DNA of 64,000 bases from assembly GCA_041675165.1 (NCBI GenBank), contig JBAYUI010000002.1, forward strand, positions 376-64,375, in the 5' to 3' direction. A model generated the notes under the pieces. That model did no database searches. It had not been told where the DNA came from and saw only the letters and a list, made by a program, of their open reading frames with translations. This stretch comes from Parcubacteria group bacterium (lineage in GTDB: Bacteria > Patescibacteriota > Minisyncoccia > Moranbacterales > UBA2206). Below are positions 1 to 10,604 of this stretch, in pieces. Numbering within the stretch: position 1 is the stretch's first letter; each line of letters opens with the position of its first letter. The position numbers and the translations under genes are program-made.

Positions 1-209
1 CGCGCCTGATTGAGATGCAGATCTATCACGCCATTTTGGAATCCAACGCGTCCAAAGAATCATCCAGAATGCTGGCCATGCGCAACGCCACAGACGCGGC
101 CGGGGAAATGAAAAACAGTCTGACATTTGTGTTCAATCAGATCCGGCAAGGCAAGATTACACAAGAGATTGCGGAAATTTCAGCGGGGAGAGCGGCGCTG
201 GAAAGTTAG
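1..209 (+). CDS. atpG: F1 ATP synthase gamma subunit, C-terminal fragment (gene continues upstream of window)
   Basis: Translation ends ...AMRNATDAAGEMKNSLTFVFNQIRQGKITQEIAEISAGRAAL, matching the conserved gamma C-terminus (AMxNATDNA motif). Confidence 0.8.
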   Translation, partial: RLIEMQIYHAILESNASKESSRMLAMRNATDAAGEMKNSLTFVFNQIRQGKITQEIAEISAGRAALES

Positions 210-305
210 TCAGAACCGCTGATTCGCACATGAGACCACGTGATTGCACTGAATTTTAAATTCACGTGCAATCAGGATGATCATGTGAGAATCAGTGGTT
301 CTGAC
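207..305. repeat. Imperfect ~47-bp inverted repeat (palindromic element, copy 1) with CACGTG cores. Starts at the atpG stop codon
   Basis: Left arm gtcagaaccgctgattcgcacatgagaccacgtgattgcactgaatt. Right arm aattcacgtgcaatcaggatgatcatgtgagaatcagtggttctgac. A second copy is at 27935-28122. Confidence 0.7.
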
Positions 306-404
306 AGTTCTTTGGAAAATTTTGGAAAAAAAATCGTCACGATCTATGTAGATAGAAAGTGACGACTTGGGAGAGGCAAAAGAACGGTAATCCTGAATAG
401 TAGG

Positions 405-632
405 TTATAATATTTTTTCTCTTTGAGCTACTCTTTGAGCCACGACGATAGACAGGATTGTCCCAGTAAAAGCGTTAACTCCTCCTGCTAGCGATGAAAT
501 TGCTAGAACATGAGTGGATATAGAGGCAGGTTCTTTTGAAAGAACGCTTGCTACAACTCCTATCATTAAAATTACGAGCAAGTAGGATAAAATAGCGCCA
601 ATACTTAAAATAAAAGTGGGAACATTTTTCAT
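405..632 (-). CDS. Small hydrophobic membrane protein (hypothetical)
   Basis: 75-aa ORF with two predicted TM helices on the opposite strand, between atpG and atpD. No recognisable family. Confidence 0.35.
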   Translation of the reverse strand: MKNVPTFILSIGAILSYLLVILMIGVVASVLSKEPASISTHVLAISSLAGGVNAFTGTILSIVVAQRVAQREKIL

Positions 633-784
633 GACAAGCTCCTTATTTTGAAAGAAATGGTTTGTTGGATAAAATACCTTGATTTATTACAACCCCGTAT
701 TATACTCCAAAATCACCAAAAAGTCAAGAGTTGAATTGTCATAAGGGAAAAATGACTGAAATAAAGGGAAAAACAGTAAATTTT

Positions 785-915
785 TAATAATCAATATTCA
801 ATAACCAATACTCATTCAATATCCAATAAATTAATATTCAATGTATTTGATTAAATATTGAGATATTATTTATTGAATGGATATTGAACATTGAATATTG
901 AGTATTATTAGTAAG
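785..915. repeat. AT-rich imperfect palindrome built from caatattcaat/attgaatattg units, immediately upstream of atpD
   Basis: The arms taatcaatattcaataaccaatactcattcaatatccaataaat and atttattgaatggatattgaacattgaatattgagtattatt are approximate reverse complements. Confidence 0.6.
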
Positions 916-942
916 TTAATAAATAAGTTTAAATTTATATAA

Positions 943-2340
<1,398 letters not shown>

Positions 2341-2379
2341 CCTAAGATTCTTAAGTAACTTAAGCAACTTAACTTTTAT

Positions 2380-2832
2380 ATGTCTGGTTCATTAATCAAA
2401 TTCAAAATCATTACGCCTGAGAAAACCGTTTTTGAGTCCGAGGTATCTCAGGTGACTTTGCCGGTAACGGAAGGTGAAGTGACAATTCTGGCCAATCACC
2501 GGCCATACATCGCCTCGCTTGAGTCGGGGGAAATTGTTCTGAAGACGAAAAAGCAGGAGGGTGAGGAAGAAACGAGTCTGGTGGTGTCCGGTGGCTTTAT
2601 TGAATTCAATGAAAATGTTCTGACGGTCTTGGCAGACACGGCGGAACGGGCGGAAGAAATTGATCTGAAGCGCGCGGAAGAAGCGCGAGCGCGAGCGGAA
2701 GAATTGAAAAAGAGCGCTATTTCGATGGATGAAAATGAATATGCACAAGTGGCGGCGGCCATCCAGAAAGAATCGGCGCGCATCCGCGTGGCGCAGAAGC
2801 ATTACACTAGGAATGGCATGAAGATAAACTAA
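2380..2832 (+). CDS. atpC: F1 ATP synthase epsilon subunit
   Basis: 150 aa. N-terminal beta-sandwich (ITPEKTVFESEVSQVTLPVTEGEVTILANHRP) and C-terminal helical hairpin. Directly follows atpD. Confidence 0.9.
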   Translation: MSGSLIKFKIITPEKTVFESEVSQVTLPVTEGEVTILANHRPYIASLESGEIVLKTKKQEGEEETSLVVSGGFIEFNENVLTVLADTAERAEEIDLKRAEEARARAEELKKSAISMDENEYAQVAAAIQKESARIRVAQKHYTRNGMKIN

Positions 2833-2865
2833 TACCAATTTAACTTATTCCGTGCAGCAAACATT

Positions 2866-2900
2866 GGAGGCTAAGCCTCCAAAAGGGAGGCTTAGCCTCC
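2866..2900. repeat. Two tandem 15-nt perfect palindromes, ggaggct(a/t)agcctcc. Possible terminator or protein-binding site after atpC
   Basis: ggaggctaagcctcc then aaaag then ggaggcttagcctcc. No strong T-run follows. Confidence 0.4.
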
Positions 2901-3208
2901 TGAAAGCGGAATCAATCTAGTTAATTTGATATAAGACAGGTCTATGAAAAGCAAGACCAATCTTTTAGTCGAACTTAACAAAAAGCACGCGGAAATTTTT
3001 TGCTCTCAAAAAATCGGATATATGAACTCTATGGCAGTGGTGGTCGATCAGAACACGATGAAAATGGAAACGGTGGAATAGGAAAAGTAATCCACAGGTT
3101 GACAAATCCAGCCAGGAGAGTAGGATAGTATTTGTTGAAACTTAATATATCTTTTATTTTAACTTCGGGTAATTCCGTTTTTTTGTTTGTTTTAGGGACG
3201 TTATTGTT

Positions 3209-3751
3209 ATGAAAATTTTTAAATTGCTGGACACTTTATTTTTGGGAAAAAAAGTCACTGAAAAAAGAGGTGATTTTTTTCCGACTGAAAGGGATTTTGA
3301 ATTTGAGGAAGTCGGTCAGGAAGTGAAAGAAATTATAAATAATTTGTACGGTGGCCGGTCATTGCATATCCGAGCGGTGGATGCCGGCTCAAATAATGCG
3401 GAAGAGATCGAACTTACCGCGCTCACCAATGCCTATTATGACATTGACCGCTTCGGCTTGAATTTCGTAGCTTCGCCGCGGCACGCCGATATGCTTTTTG
3501 TCACGGGACCGGTGACACGTAATTTGGAAAGAGCTTTGCTCACGACTTATGAAGCCGCGCCGCATCCAGTGATCGTAGCGGCGGTCGGTGACGGCGCGAT
3601 CGATGGCGGAATTTGGAAGGATTCTTATGCCGTGGTCGGCGGAGTGGACAAAGTCATTCCGGTGCACGTTTGCATTCCCGGCGATCCGCCGACGCCGACA
3701 GAGATCCTGCGCGGAGTGCTGGCGGCTCTCCAAAATCATAAAATCAAATAA
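3209..3751 (+). CDS. NuoB / [NiFe]-hydrogenase small-subunit homolog lacking all four [4Fe-4S] cysteine ligands (Ehr-type small subunit)
   Basis: Aligns with NuoB: ASPRHADMLFVTGPVT, VDKVIPVHVCIPGDPPTP. The CC motif, GSCxxxGG and GCPP are replaced by AG/S, GDGAIDGG and GDPP. Confidence 0.85.
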   Translation: MKIFKLLDTLFLGKKVTEKRGDFFPTERDFEFEEVGQEVKEIINNLYGGRSLHIRAVDAGSNNAEEIELTALTNAYYDIDRFGLNFVASPRHADMLFVTGPVTRNLERALLTTYEAAPHPVIVAAVGDGAIDGGIWKDSYAVVGGVDKVIPVHVCIPGDPPTPTEILRGVLAALQNHKIK

Positions 3752-3754
3752 TCT

Positions 3755-5749
3755 ATGTTGGAAAAATATATCCTAATCGGTATGGGGGTTTATTTTTGCG
3801 GACTGGCTTTGTCCGCCGTTTTGGCGTTCTTCGGCCAGTCATTTAAGAAGGGGGCATATCTTTTTATCTTTTCCAATGTGGTCGGTTTTTTGTCCGCCCT
3901 TGGATATTTTCTGAATAACGCTGGTGATAATTTCAGCTTGGCTCATTTTGATTGGTTTTTCCAATTCGCGCCGAGACTTGATTTTTTGTCGGCTATTTTT
4001 TTCCTAGTCATCAGTGGTGTTTCTGTTTTAGTAGGTGTCTATAGTTTGCGTTATTTGGAATTATATAAGGAAGAATATGATCCGCGGATGGTGCAATTTT
4101 TGATGGCTTTTTTTGTCCTAGGGATGCAAGGCGTTCTGATCGCCAATAACACTTTCGCTTTCTTATTTTTCTGGGAAGTGATGTCAATCACTTCTTTCTT
4201 CTTGGTCTTTTCGGATAGGAAGCATGAATCGATCAAAGCAGCGTTTTTATACTTCATTATGACGCATTTGGGCGCGTCAGCCATTTTGGGAGGTTTTTTG
4301 ATCTTGGGCGGCGGATCATTTTCATATGACCTTAGCCATATCCGCAGTGCCTCGGAAAATCTTTCTCCGGCCATGGCCGCTTTGGCGTTTTTGCTTTTTG
4401 TTTTCGGTTTCGGGTCGAAAGCGGGGCTGGTGCCGTTCCACATATGGCTGCCGGAGGCGCATCCGCAAGCCCCGAGCAACATTTCGGCGATGATGAGCGG
4501 TTTGATGTTGAAAATTGCCGTGTATGGGTTCATTATGGTTAGTCTGGGTATGGCGCGTATTCCCAGCTGGGCGGGATTGGTCGTCCTGTCACTGGGTCTT
4601 CTCTCCGGCGTAGTCGGGGCGTTATATGCCGCGGTGGAAAGGGATATGAAAAAAGCTTTGGCTTATAGTAGTATCGAAAATATGGGAATCATTTTCATCA
4701 TGCTGGGCTTGGCCGTTTATCTTTCGGTTTTCGGAAAATATCAAGCCATCGTTTATGCTCTTTTTGCCTTTGCCATTTTTCACGCTGTGAGTCACGCATT
4801 GTTCAAGACCGCGCTTTTTCTCAGCAGTGGAATAGTTATTAGCAGGGTGCATACTAAAAGTTTGGAGATGATGGGCGGCCTAGCCAAACTGATGCCGATT
4901 TTCAGCTTGGCTTTCCTTCTGGCCATTTTAGGATCCTTGCCTTTGCCATTGTTCGCGACTTTCTATGGCGAGTGGGGGCTCATCCAAAATATCATATTAC
5001 TTCTGGGTGAAAAAAGTCTGGGGGCGGGAACCATAGTGATGCTTCTGGCCATCCTGTCCGCGGTGGCGATGGTGAGCGGGTTGGCGATATTTGCGATGAT
5101 AAAGGTTTTCAGCTTATCTATGCTGGGCTTGCCGCATAACACTCATATGGAAAAAAGGGAAGAGAAGGCGGACGGTCTTTTGATCGCGCCTGTTCTATGC
5201 TTGGGCGCGGGCGTGGTGGCCTTGGGAATTTTTGCCAAATTTTTCATTACTGATATTGCAACGCATATTCAAACGGCGGCAACTGGCGCGGTTCCTGCAG
5301 CTAGCTTGCCACTGATGAACATATCTTCCTTGGCCGTCAGTGGTGCAATCATACTTTTCAGTTTGGCGGTGTATGCTATGCAAAAAATCGTTCTGACTAA
5401 TGACAAGGAAAGATTTTATCATACTTGGGATTGTGGGCAAGCAATCGACGTGACAATGCAATACAGTGCTACGGCTTTTTCTGCGCCTATCAGATTTTTT
5501 TTCCTGACTTTCATCGGCCGCCGGAAAGTGATGCAATCGGAAGCGATTGTAGGGACGAATCCGTGGATCAGAAAATATAATTTCCGCCTGTCTATCCGTC
5601 CGAGTTGGAATGATGTTTTGTATGCTCCGATTGCGAAAAGTTTGCTCAGCGCGGCGAAAAAAATCCGTTGCATCCAAAACGGGCGCATCCAATATTATAT
5701 CTTATTCTTGCTTTTGGCTCTAACTATCACTCTAATTTTTGCTTTATGA
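3755..5749 (+). CDS. Complex-I antiporter-like membrane subunit (NuoL / HyfB / MrpA family)
   Basis: 664 aa polytopic. Conserved WLPEAHPQAPSNISAMMSGLMLKIAVYG motif of NuoL/M/N-MrpA/D. Confidence 0.85.
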   Translation: MLEKYILIGMGVYFCGLALSAVLAFFGQSFKKGAYLFIFSNVVGFLSALGYFLNNAGDNFSLAHFDWFFQFAPRLDFLSAIFFLVISGVSVLVGVYSLRYLELYKEEYDPRMVQFLMAFFVLGMQGVLIANNTFAFLFFWEVMSITSFFLVFSDRKHESIKAAFLYFIMTHLGASAILGGFLILGGGSFSYDLSHIRSASENLSPAMAALAFLLFVFGFGSKAGLVPFHIWLPEAHPQAPSNISAMMSGLMLKIAVYGFIMVSLGMARIPSWAGLVVLSLGLLSGVVGALYAAVERDMKKALAYSSIENMGIIFIMLGLAVYLSVFGKYQAIVYALFAFAIFHAVSHALFKTALFLSSGIVISRVHTKSLEMMGGLAKLMPIFSLAFLLAILGSLPLPLFATFYGEWGLIQNIILLLGEKSLGAGTIVMLLAILSAVAMVSGLAIFAMIKVFSLSMLGLPHNTHMEKREEKADGLLIAPVLCLGAGVVALGIFAKFFITDIATHIQTAATGAVPAASLPLMNISSLAVSGAIILFSLAVYAMQKIVLTNDKERFYHTWDCGQAIDVTMQYSATAFSAPIRFFFLTFIGRRKVMQSEAIVGTNPWIRKYNFRLSIRPSWNDVLYAPIAKSLLSAAKKIRCIQNGRIQYYILFLLLALTITLIFAL

Positions 5750-7341
5750 ATCCGATAATCGCCACTCTGATCCAAATCGTTTTTGTCCTAGCTATCGCGC
5801 CATATGCCACGGGTCTGGTGAAATTTTTAAAGGCGCGTTTGCAAGGCCGAGATGGCGCTTCGCCTTTTTTGTCCTATGTCACTGTGGCGACGCTGCTCAA
5901 AAAAGAAATGGTGATATCTGAAACGGTTTCGTGGATATGGCGCGCGGTGCCGTTCGTTGTTTTCGGCAGTGTGGTTTTTTTGGCGGCTATCGTCCCGCTT
6001 GTTTTTACAGGCGCCGCGTTGGCATCACTCAGTGATTTTTTGGTGGTGGCGGGGGTGTTGGCAGTCGGCTCAATCTTTTTGGTACTAGGCGGATTGGATG
6101 CGGGCAGCGCTTTTGGCGGGATGGGATCCAGCCGGGAAATGACTATTGCGGCGCTCATCGAGCCGGTCGTCATTATGATTTTTGCCACTGTCAGTTTCAT
6201 TACTAAACAATCCACGCTGGATGGTATGTTGGGCGCGCAAGTCGGATTCCAGCCATATCTGATTTTGACTGTTATTGCCCTTGTCTTGGTGGCTTTGGCG
6301 GAAAACGCGCGCTATCCTGTGGATAATCCGGCCACCCATTTGGAGCTGACCATGGTGCATGAAGCGATGATATTGGAATATAGCGGAAAATATTTAGCCC
6401 TTTTGGAATACGCGTATTCCATAAAGCTAGTGGTTTTTTCATTGCTCATCGCTAATTTTATCTTCCCGATGTCACTGGTCGGGGCGCACACAATGGGAAT
6501 GGGGGCGTTGGGAATGGGACTTTTGCTCAGCACCGCAAAGGTCATTTCAGCGATGATGGGTCTGGCTTTTCTCGAATCGGTTATGGCCAAGATGCGGTTC
6601 TATCGGATGTCGGAATATTTCTCTATCGCATATGTCGTGGCATTTTTAGGAATGATCACGGCACTCCTTATGAATTTCGGAGAAATGTCCTTGCAATACA
6701 ACGCGCTCTTTTCTCTTTTGGCGGTGGTGTGCGTAGTGCTCCTCTTTGGGCGAGTGCGTTTGAAAGCGATTTTGCGTTATTATGCATTTTCTTCTTTGGC
6801 CATCGCGGCCTTGGCTCTGAGTCTGCTTCCATTGGTGGCGGAAGAGGAAAGGGCGCATCTGTGGCTGTTTGCTATTTTCACTATCATCACGAAAACAATG
6901 GCTGTGCCGTATGTCATCAATCGATCGAGCCATGCCAAAAGGAGCCTGACAAATCTGCCCTCTTTTCTCCGTCCGGGAAAAAGCTATTTTTTGGCTGTTT
7001 TTCTTATGATCCTGACCTATTTCACTTTGCGGAACATTTCTATTACGGGCTTGGTCAAATGGAACTCACTGCTATATGCTTCGGTGACACTGATAGTTTT
7101 GGGGATTACGATGATGATCATCAAGCGCAATATTTTTTCTCAGATTGTGGGACTGCTCATCATTGAAAACGGCATCGCGGTTTTTGTTCTGGCCACGGTC
7201 GGTTCCCTTCCGATTGTCATCGAATTTGGAATTTTCGCGGTGACGGTGGCGACTGCGTATATTTTAGCGATATTGAGTTCACAGATCAGTCAGCTGTATG
7301 GCAGCACGGACACGGATGATCTGCGCGGACTGACGGAATAA
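5746..7341 (+). CDS. HycD/HyfC (NuoH-like) membrane subunit fused to a HyfE/NuoK-like C-terminal domain
   Basis: N-terminal ~330 aa align with HycD (LDAGSAFGGMGSSREMTIAALIEP, EAMILEYSGKYL). The C-terminal ~200 aa are a separate polytopic domain (LIIENGIAVFVL). The ATGA overlaps the upstream stop. Confidence 0.75.
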   Translation: MNPIIATLIQIVFVLAIAPYATGLVKFLKARLQGRDGASPFLSYVTVATLLKKEMVISETVSWIWRAVPFVVFGSVVFLAAIVPLVFTGAALASLSDFLVVAGVLAVGSIFLVLGGLDAGSAFGGMGSSREMTIAALIEPVVIMIFATVSFITKQSTLDGMLGAQVGFQPYLILTVIALVLVALAENARYPVDNPATHLELTMVHEAMILEYSGKYLALLEYAYSIKLVVFSLLIANFIFPMSLVGAHTMGMGALGMGLLLSTAKVISAMMGLAFLESVMAKMRFYRMSEYFSIAYVVAFLGMITALLMNFGEMSLQYNALFSLLAVVCVVLLFGRVRLKAILRYYAFSSLAIAALALSLLPLVAEEERAHLWLFAIFTIITKTMAVPYVINRSSHAKRSLTNLPSFLRPGKSYFLAVFLMILTYFTLRNISITGLVKWNSLLYASVTLIVLGITMMIIKRNIFSQIVGLLIIENGIAVFVLATVGSLPIVIEFGIFAVTVATAYILAILSSQISQLYGSTDTDDLRGLTE

Positions 7342-7366
7342 TATATTTTTCTTAATCTAATTTTTT

Positions 7367-8866
7367 ATGAATCCGATTTTTCTAGCCATTCCATCCATCT
7401 TAGCGACTGTTTGGACGATGGCGTCAAAGAACGAAAAAACCGCGCGCTTGGGCAACTTGTCCTTTTCCTTGTTCGGTTTTTTGGCGATGATTTTTTATGC
7501 GGTGCCATTCCTTTTCAGTTTTGAAAGAGGCTTTCTGAACGCGTGGCTGCGGATGGATAGTTTTTCAGCGCTTATGACTGTGCTCATCGCGTGTGTCTAT
7601 ATCTTCGCTTCGATCATCAGTGTGCGTTATATCGGGCATGAATATGCGGAGAAAATCATTACATTTTTGCAGTATAAGATGTATTTCGCGCTTTTCCATC
7701 TGTTTACCTTGTGTATGTTGGTAGCGGTTTTGGCCAACAACGTCCTTCTTCTTTGGTTGGCTTTGGAAGGGACGACGCTTTTTTCCACTTTTCTAGTGGG
7801 GCTCTATCGTCGAAAAACCAGCATGGAAGCGGCGTGGAAATATATGATCCTTTGTTCGACGGGTATCAGCTTAGGTCTTTTGGGTATTTTGCTTTTGAGT
7901 TATGGTGCGCATGTGGGTGGAGTGATGGAAGGCAATATTTTTCTTTTGGACAAATTAGCGGAAAATGCCGCGGTCATTCCGGCCAATATCGTTAAACTGG
8001 CGTTCGTTTTCCTGTTTATCGGTTTTGGCACTAAGGTCGGATTGGCGCCGATGCATACTTGGCTGCCGGATGCGCACAGCAAAGCGCCGTCACCCATCTC
8101 GGCCATTTTTTCCGCCGTGCTTTTGAATGTTGCACTCTATGCCATTTTGCGTTTCAAATTCATCACTGACAGCGCTTTTCTGGGATCTTCTTGGACCAAT
8201 CATTTGTTTTTGATTTTTGGATTTTTTTCAGTGGTGCTGAGTGCGCTTATGATGCTTATCCAAGTCAATTATAAAAGAATGCTGGCCTATTCCAGCATTG
8301 AACATATGGGTCTCATGCTTTTTTCGTTAGGCATGCCGCCGCTCGGAGCAGTGGCGGCGGTGATGCATATGATCGCTCACACTTTCACCAAATCAGCTTT
8401 GTTTTTCGGGGCGGGCGAAATTTTGATCCGTTGGAAAACCACTAAGATCTCCAAGATAAAAAATATGTTTGCCGAAGCGAAATATACCAGTATCCTATTT
8501 TTGACCGGTATCGTGGCGATCGTGGCGATCCCGCCGTCAGCAATGTTTGTCAGTGAATACGCGATGTTTTCGCAAGCGATCATCCAACATCCGCTGGTGG
8601 CCATCTTGCTCTTCATTGCTCTGGGTATCATCGCGTATGCGATGCTGTCACTCAGCATGGAAATGATTTTTACGACTGACGAGGAAGGGGCAAAAGAAGT
8701 GACCCGCCTACGCTCTACGAGCTCCGGCGCGGCAAGGGAGCGTTGGAATGTGACACATACGATAATGACGGTCGAATTGGCTACAGTGGTGTTCTTGGCT
8801 TGGTGGTTCACGACGCCTATGGCGATGAAGGTGATCGGCAATATCGTGAAAACTTTTATTTATTAA
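7367..8866 (+). CDS. Complex-I antiporter-like membrane subunit (NuoN/M / HyfF / MrpD family)
   Basis: 499 aa. WLPDAHSKAPSPISAIFSAVLLNVALYAILRF motif. Confidence 0.85.
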   Translation: MNPIFLAIPSILATVWTMASKNEKTARLGNLSFSLFGFLAMIFYAVPFLFSFERGFLNAWLRMDSFSALMTVLIACVYIFASIISVRYIGHEYAEKIITFLQYKMYFALFHLFTLCMLVAVLANNVLLLWLALEGTTLFSTFLVGLYRRKTSMEAAWKYMILCSTGISLGLLGILLLSYGAHVGGVMEGNIFLLDKLAENAAVIPANIVKLAFVFLFIGFGTKVGLAPMHTWLPDAHSKAPSPISAIFSAVLLNVALYAILRFKFITDSAFLGSSWTNHLFLIFGFFSVVLSALMMLIQVNYKRMLAYSSIEHMGLMLFSLGMPPLGAVAAVMHMIAHTFTKSALFFGAGEILIRWKTTKISKIKNMFAEAKYTSILFLTGIVAIVAIPPSAMFVSEYAMFSQAIIQHPLVAILLFIALGIIAYAMLSLSMEMIFTTDEEGAKEVTRLRSTSSGAARERWNVTHTIMTVELATVVFLAWWFTTPMAMKVIGNIVKTFIY

Positions 8867-8885
8867 TTGGTTTTGAAAAGGGCTT

Positions 8886-10448
8886 ATGAATATTCAAGAA
8901 ATTATCAAAAAATTTGGAGAAGAGCTGATACCGAGAGCGGAAAAAAATGATTTGATAGAGGTTCAGGCTTCGCGTGAGGATCTGGCCAAAGTGGCGACAG
9001 TGCTTTTCAAAGAACATGGATTTCCGTTATCGCATATGTTCGGTACGGATGATCGGAGAGAAAGCGACAGCTTTGGAGTGCACGTTGTTTTCAGCATTCC
9101 TGCCGAAAAGAAATGGTTGAAAATTTCAGCCGAAATTCCGGCTTCGGATCCGCAATACCCGTCGCTTACCAGAACTATCATGGCCGCCCATTGGTATGAA
9201 AGATATTTGCGCGATATGTTCGGCGTGACGCCCATGGGTCATCCGGATCTGCGCCGTTTGGTGCATCATGAAAACATACCGGAAGACACTCATCCGTTAT
9301 GCAAGGATTTTTTGTGGAACACGAAACTGAAAAAAGACAGCGTGCCTTATCCGATGCATCACGTAACAGGCGAAGGAATTTTTGAGATTCCCGTCGGACC
9401 GATCCATGCCGGCATCATCGAACCGGGACATTTTCGCTTCAATGTGGCGGGGGAAAGAATCTTGACTTTGGAAGGTAAATTATTCTTCACGCATAAGGGC
9501 GTGGAAAAATTGGTGGAAGGCAAAAATATCTTAGAGACTTTGCCGTTCATCGAAAGGATTTCGGGCGATGCCGCGGCTTCGTATGCTTTGGCCTATTCTC
9601 AGGCGGTGGAAAAAATCTGCGATTGCGCGGTGCCGCGCCGCGCCCTTCAACTGCGCGCTATTTTGACTGAGTGTGAACGGATCACGATGCATATCCATGA
9701 CTTGGCCAATATCGGCGGAATGGGCACGGGCTACAGTTTCATCGTGGCCAATGGATGGCGCATCAAAGAAAGAATGATGCGTCTGTCACAAGACATCTGT
9801 GGCAATCGGTTTTGGCGGGGAATGATCGTGCCTGGTGGAGTCAAATATGATATTGTCGAAACAGATTTGAAAAAAATATTAAGCGTGTCGGAAGCGGCGT
9901 GGAGAGAAATGGAAAAAATCACTATCATCGCGCTCGACAGCGAAGGCTTTTTGGATCGCTTGCAGTATACGGGGGAATTGTCTAAAGAGGCGGCCGAAGC
10001 TTTTGGCGCGGTCGGACCCGCGGCGCGGGCGTCCAAGATCAATCGCGATGTCCGGCGTGATCACCCGTATGCTTCCTACGGAGAATTTCCAATTAAAGTG
10101 ATAACCAAAAAAAGCAAAGATGTTTTCGCGCGTTACCGGATGCGGACCAAGGAGATTGAACAATCAATAGTCCTGATTAAGACTCTGGTAGAAAAAATGG
10201 AGGAAGGGAATATTATTGAGAAATGTGAAACGCGCGATGGTTTTGCTCTCGGTGCCGTGGAATCTTGGCGCGGAGAACTTCTGTGCGCTTTGCAGATCAA
10301 AAATGGCGTGATTGGTCGGTGCGCTCCACGTGATCCATCTTTTTGCAATTGGGCGCTTTTTGGCATCATGGGTCCCGGCAACATCGTGCCGGATTTTCCG
10401 CTCATCAATAAGAGTTTGAATCTGTCTTATTCCGGGACGGATCTGTAA
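8886..10448 (+). CDS. NuoC-NuoD fusion / HycE-like large subunit without [NiFe]-binding cysteines (Ehr-type large subunit)
   Basis: N-terminal NuoC-like 30-kDa domain plus NuoD/large-subunit domain (GPIHAGIIEPGHFRF, HKGVEKL). The L1 motif RxCGxC reads RISGDAAAS. The C-terminal DPCxxC reads SLNLSYSGTDL. Confidence 0.85.
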   Translation: MNIQEIIKKFGEELIPRAEKNDLIEVQASREDLAKVATVLFKEHGFPLSHMFGTDDRRESDSFGVHVVFSIPAEKKWLKISAEIPASDPQYPSLTRTIMAAHWYERYLRDMFGVTPMGHPDLRRLVHHENIPEDTHPLCKDFLWNTKLKKDSVPYPMHHVTGEGIFEIPVGPIHAGIIEPGHFRFNVAGERILTLEGKLFFTHKGVEKLVEGKNILETLPFIERISGDAAASYALAYSQAVEKICDCAVPRRALQLRAILTECERITMHIHDLANIGGMGTGYSFIVANGWRIKERMMRLSQDICGNRFWRGMIVPGGVKYDIVETDLKKILSVSEAAWREMEKITIIALDSEGFLDRLQYTGELSKEAAEAFGAVGPAARASKINRDVRRDHPYASYGEFPIKVITKKSKDVFARYRMRTKEIEQSIVLIKTLVEKMEEGNIIEKCETRDGFALGAVESWRGELLCALQIKNGVIGRCAPRDPSFCNWALFGIMGPGNIVPDFPLINKSLNLSYSGTDL

Positions 10449-10472
10449 AAATATAATAAAGGAATGCTTGGG

Positions 10473-10504
10473 TCGTGAAGCTTTCGAGCTTCGCGATTTT
10501 TTTA
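10473..10504 (+). terminator. Rho-independent terminator after the complex-I-like cluster
   Basis: cgtgaagc-tttcga-gcttcgcg hairpin followed by a T7 run. Confidence 0.6.
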
Positions 10505-10547
10505 TGTACTTACATATCTCCTTACATAGGTACTTACCTCGGTTTAC

Positions 10548-10576
10548 TTGAAAAAGGTGGCTAAGTGGGGTAAAAT
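10548..10576 (+). promoter_or_regulatory. Sigma70-type promoter for leuS
   Basis: TTGAAA, 17-nt spacer, TAAAAT, 29 nt upstream of the leuS ATG. Confidence 0.5.
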
Positions 10577-10604
10577 AGAAAAGTAGACAAACTTAGGGAC
10601 TTTT

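Noticed and set aside
2944-3081. 46-aa ORF between atpC and the complex-I-like cluster
   Set aside because: It has no RBS and no family. Its coding status cannot be supported from sequence alone.
3209-10448. Reading the cluster as a functional [NiFe] group-4 hydrogenase or formate hydrogenlyase, or as part of NADH dehydrogenase
   Set aside because: The small-subunit homolog has none of the four Cys ligands of the proximal [4Fe-4S] cluster. The large-subunit homolog lacks both CxxC Ni-Fe motifs. No ferredoxin-like (NuoI/HyfA/HyfH), NuoE/F/G, maturation or formate-dehydrogenase genes are present.
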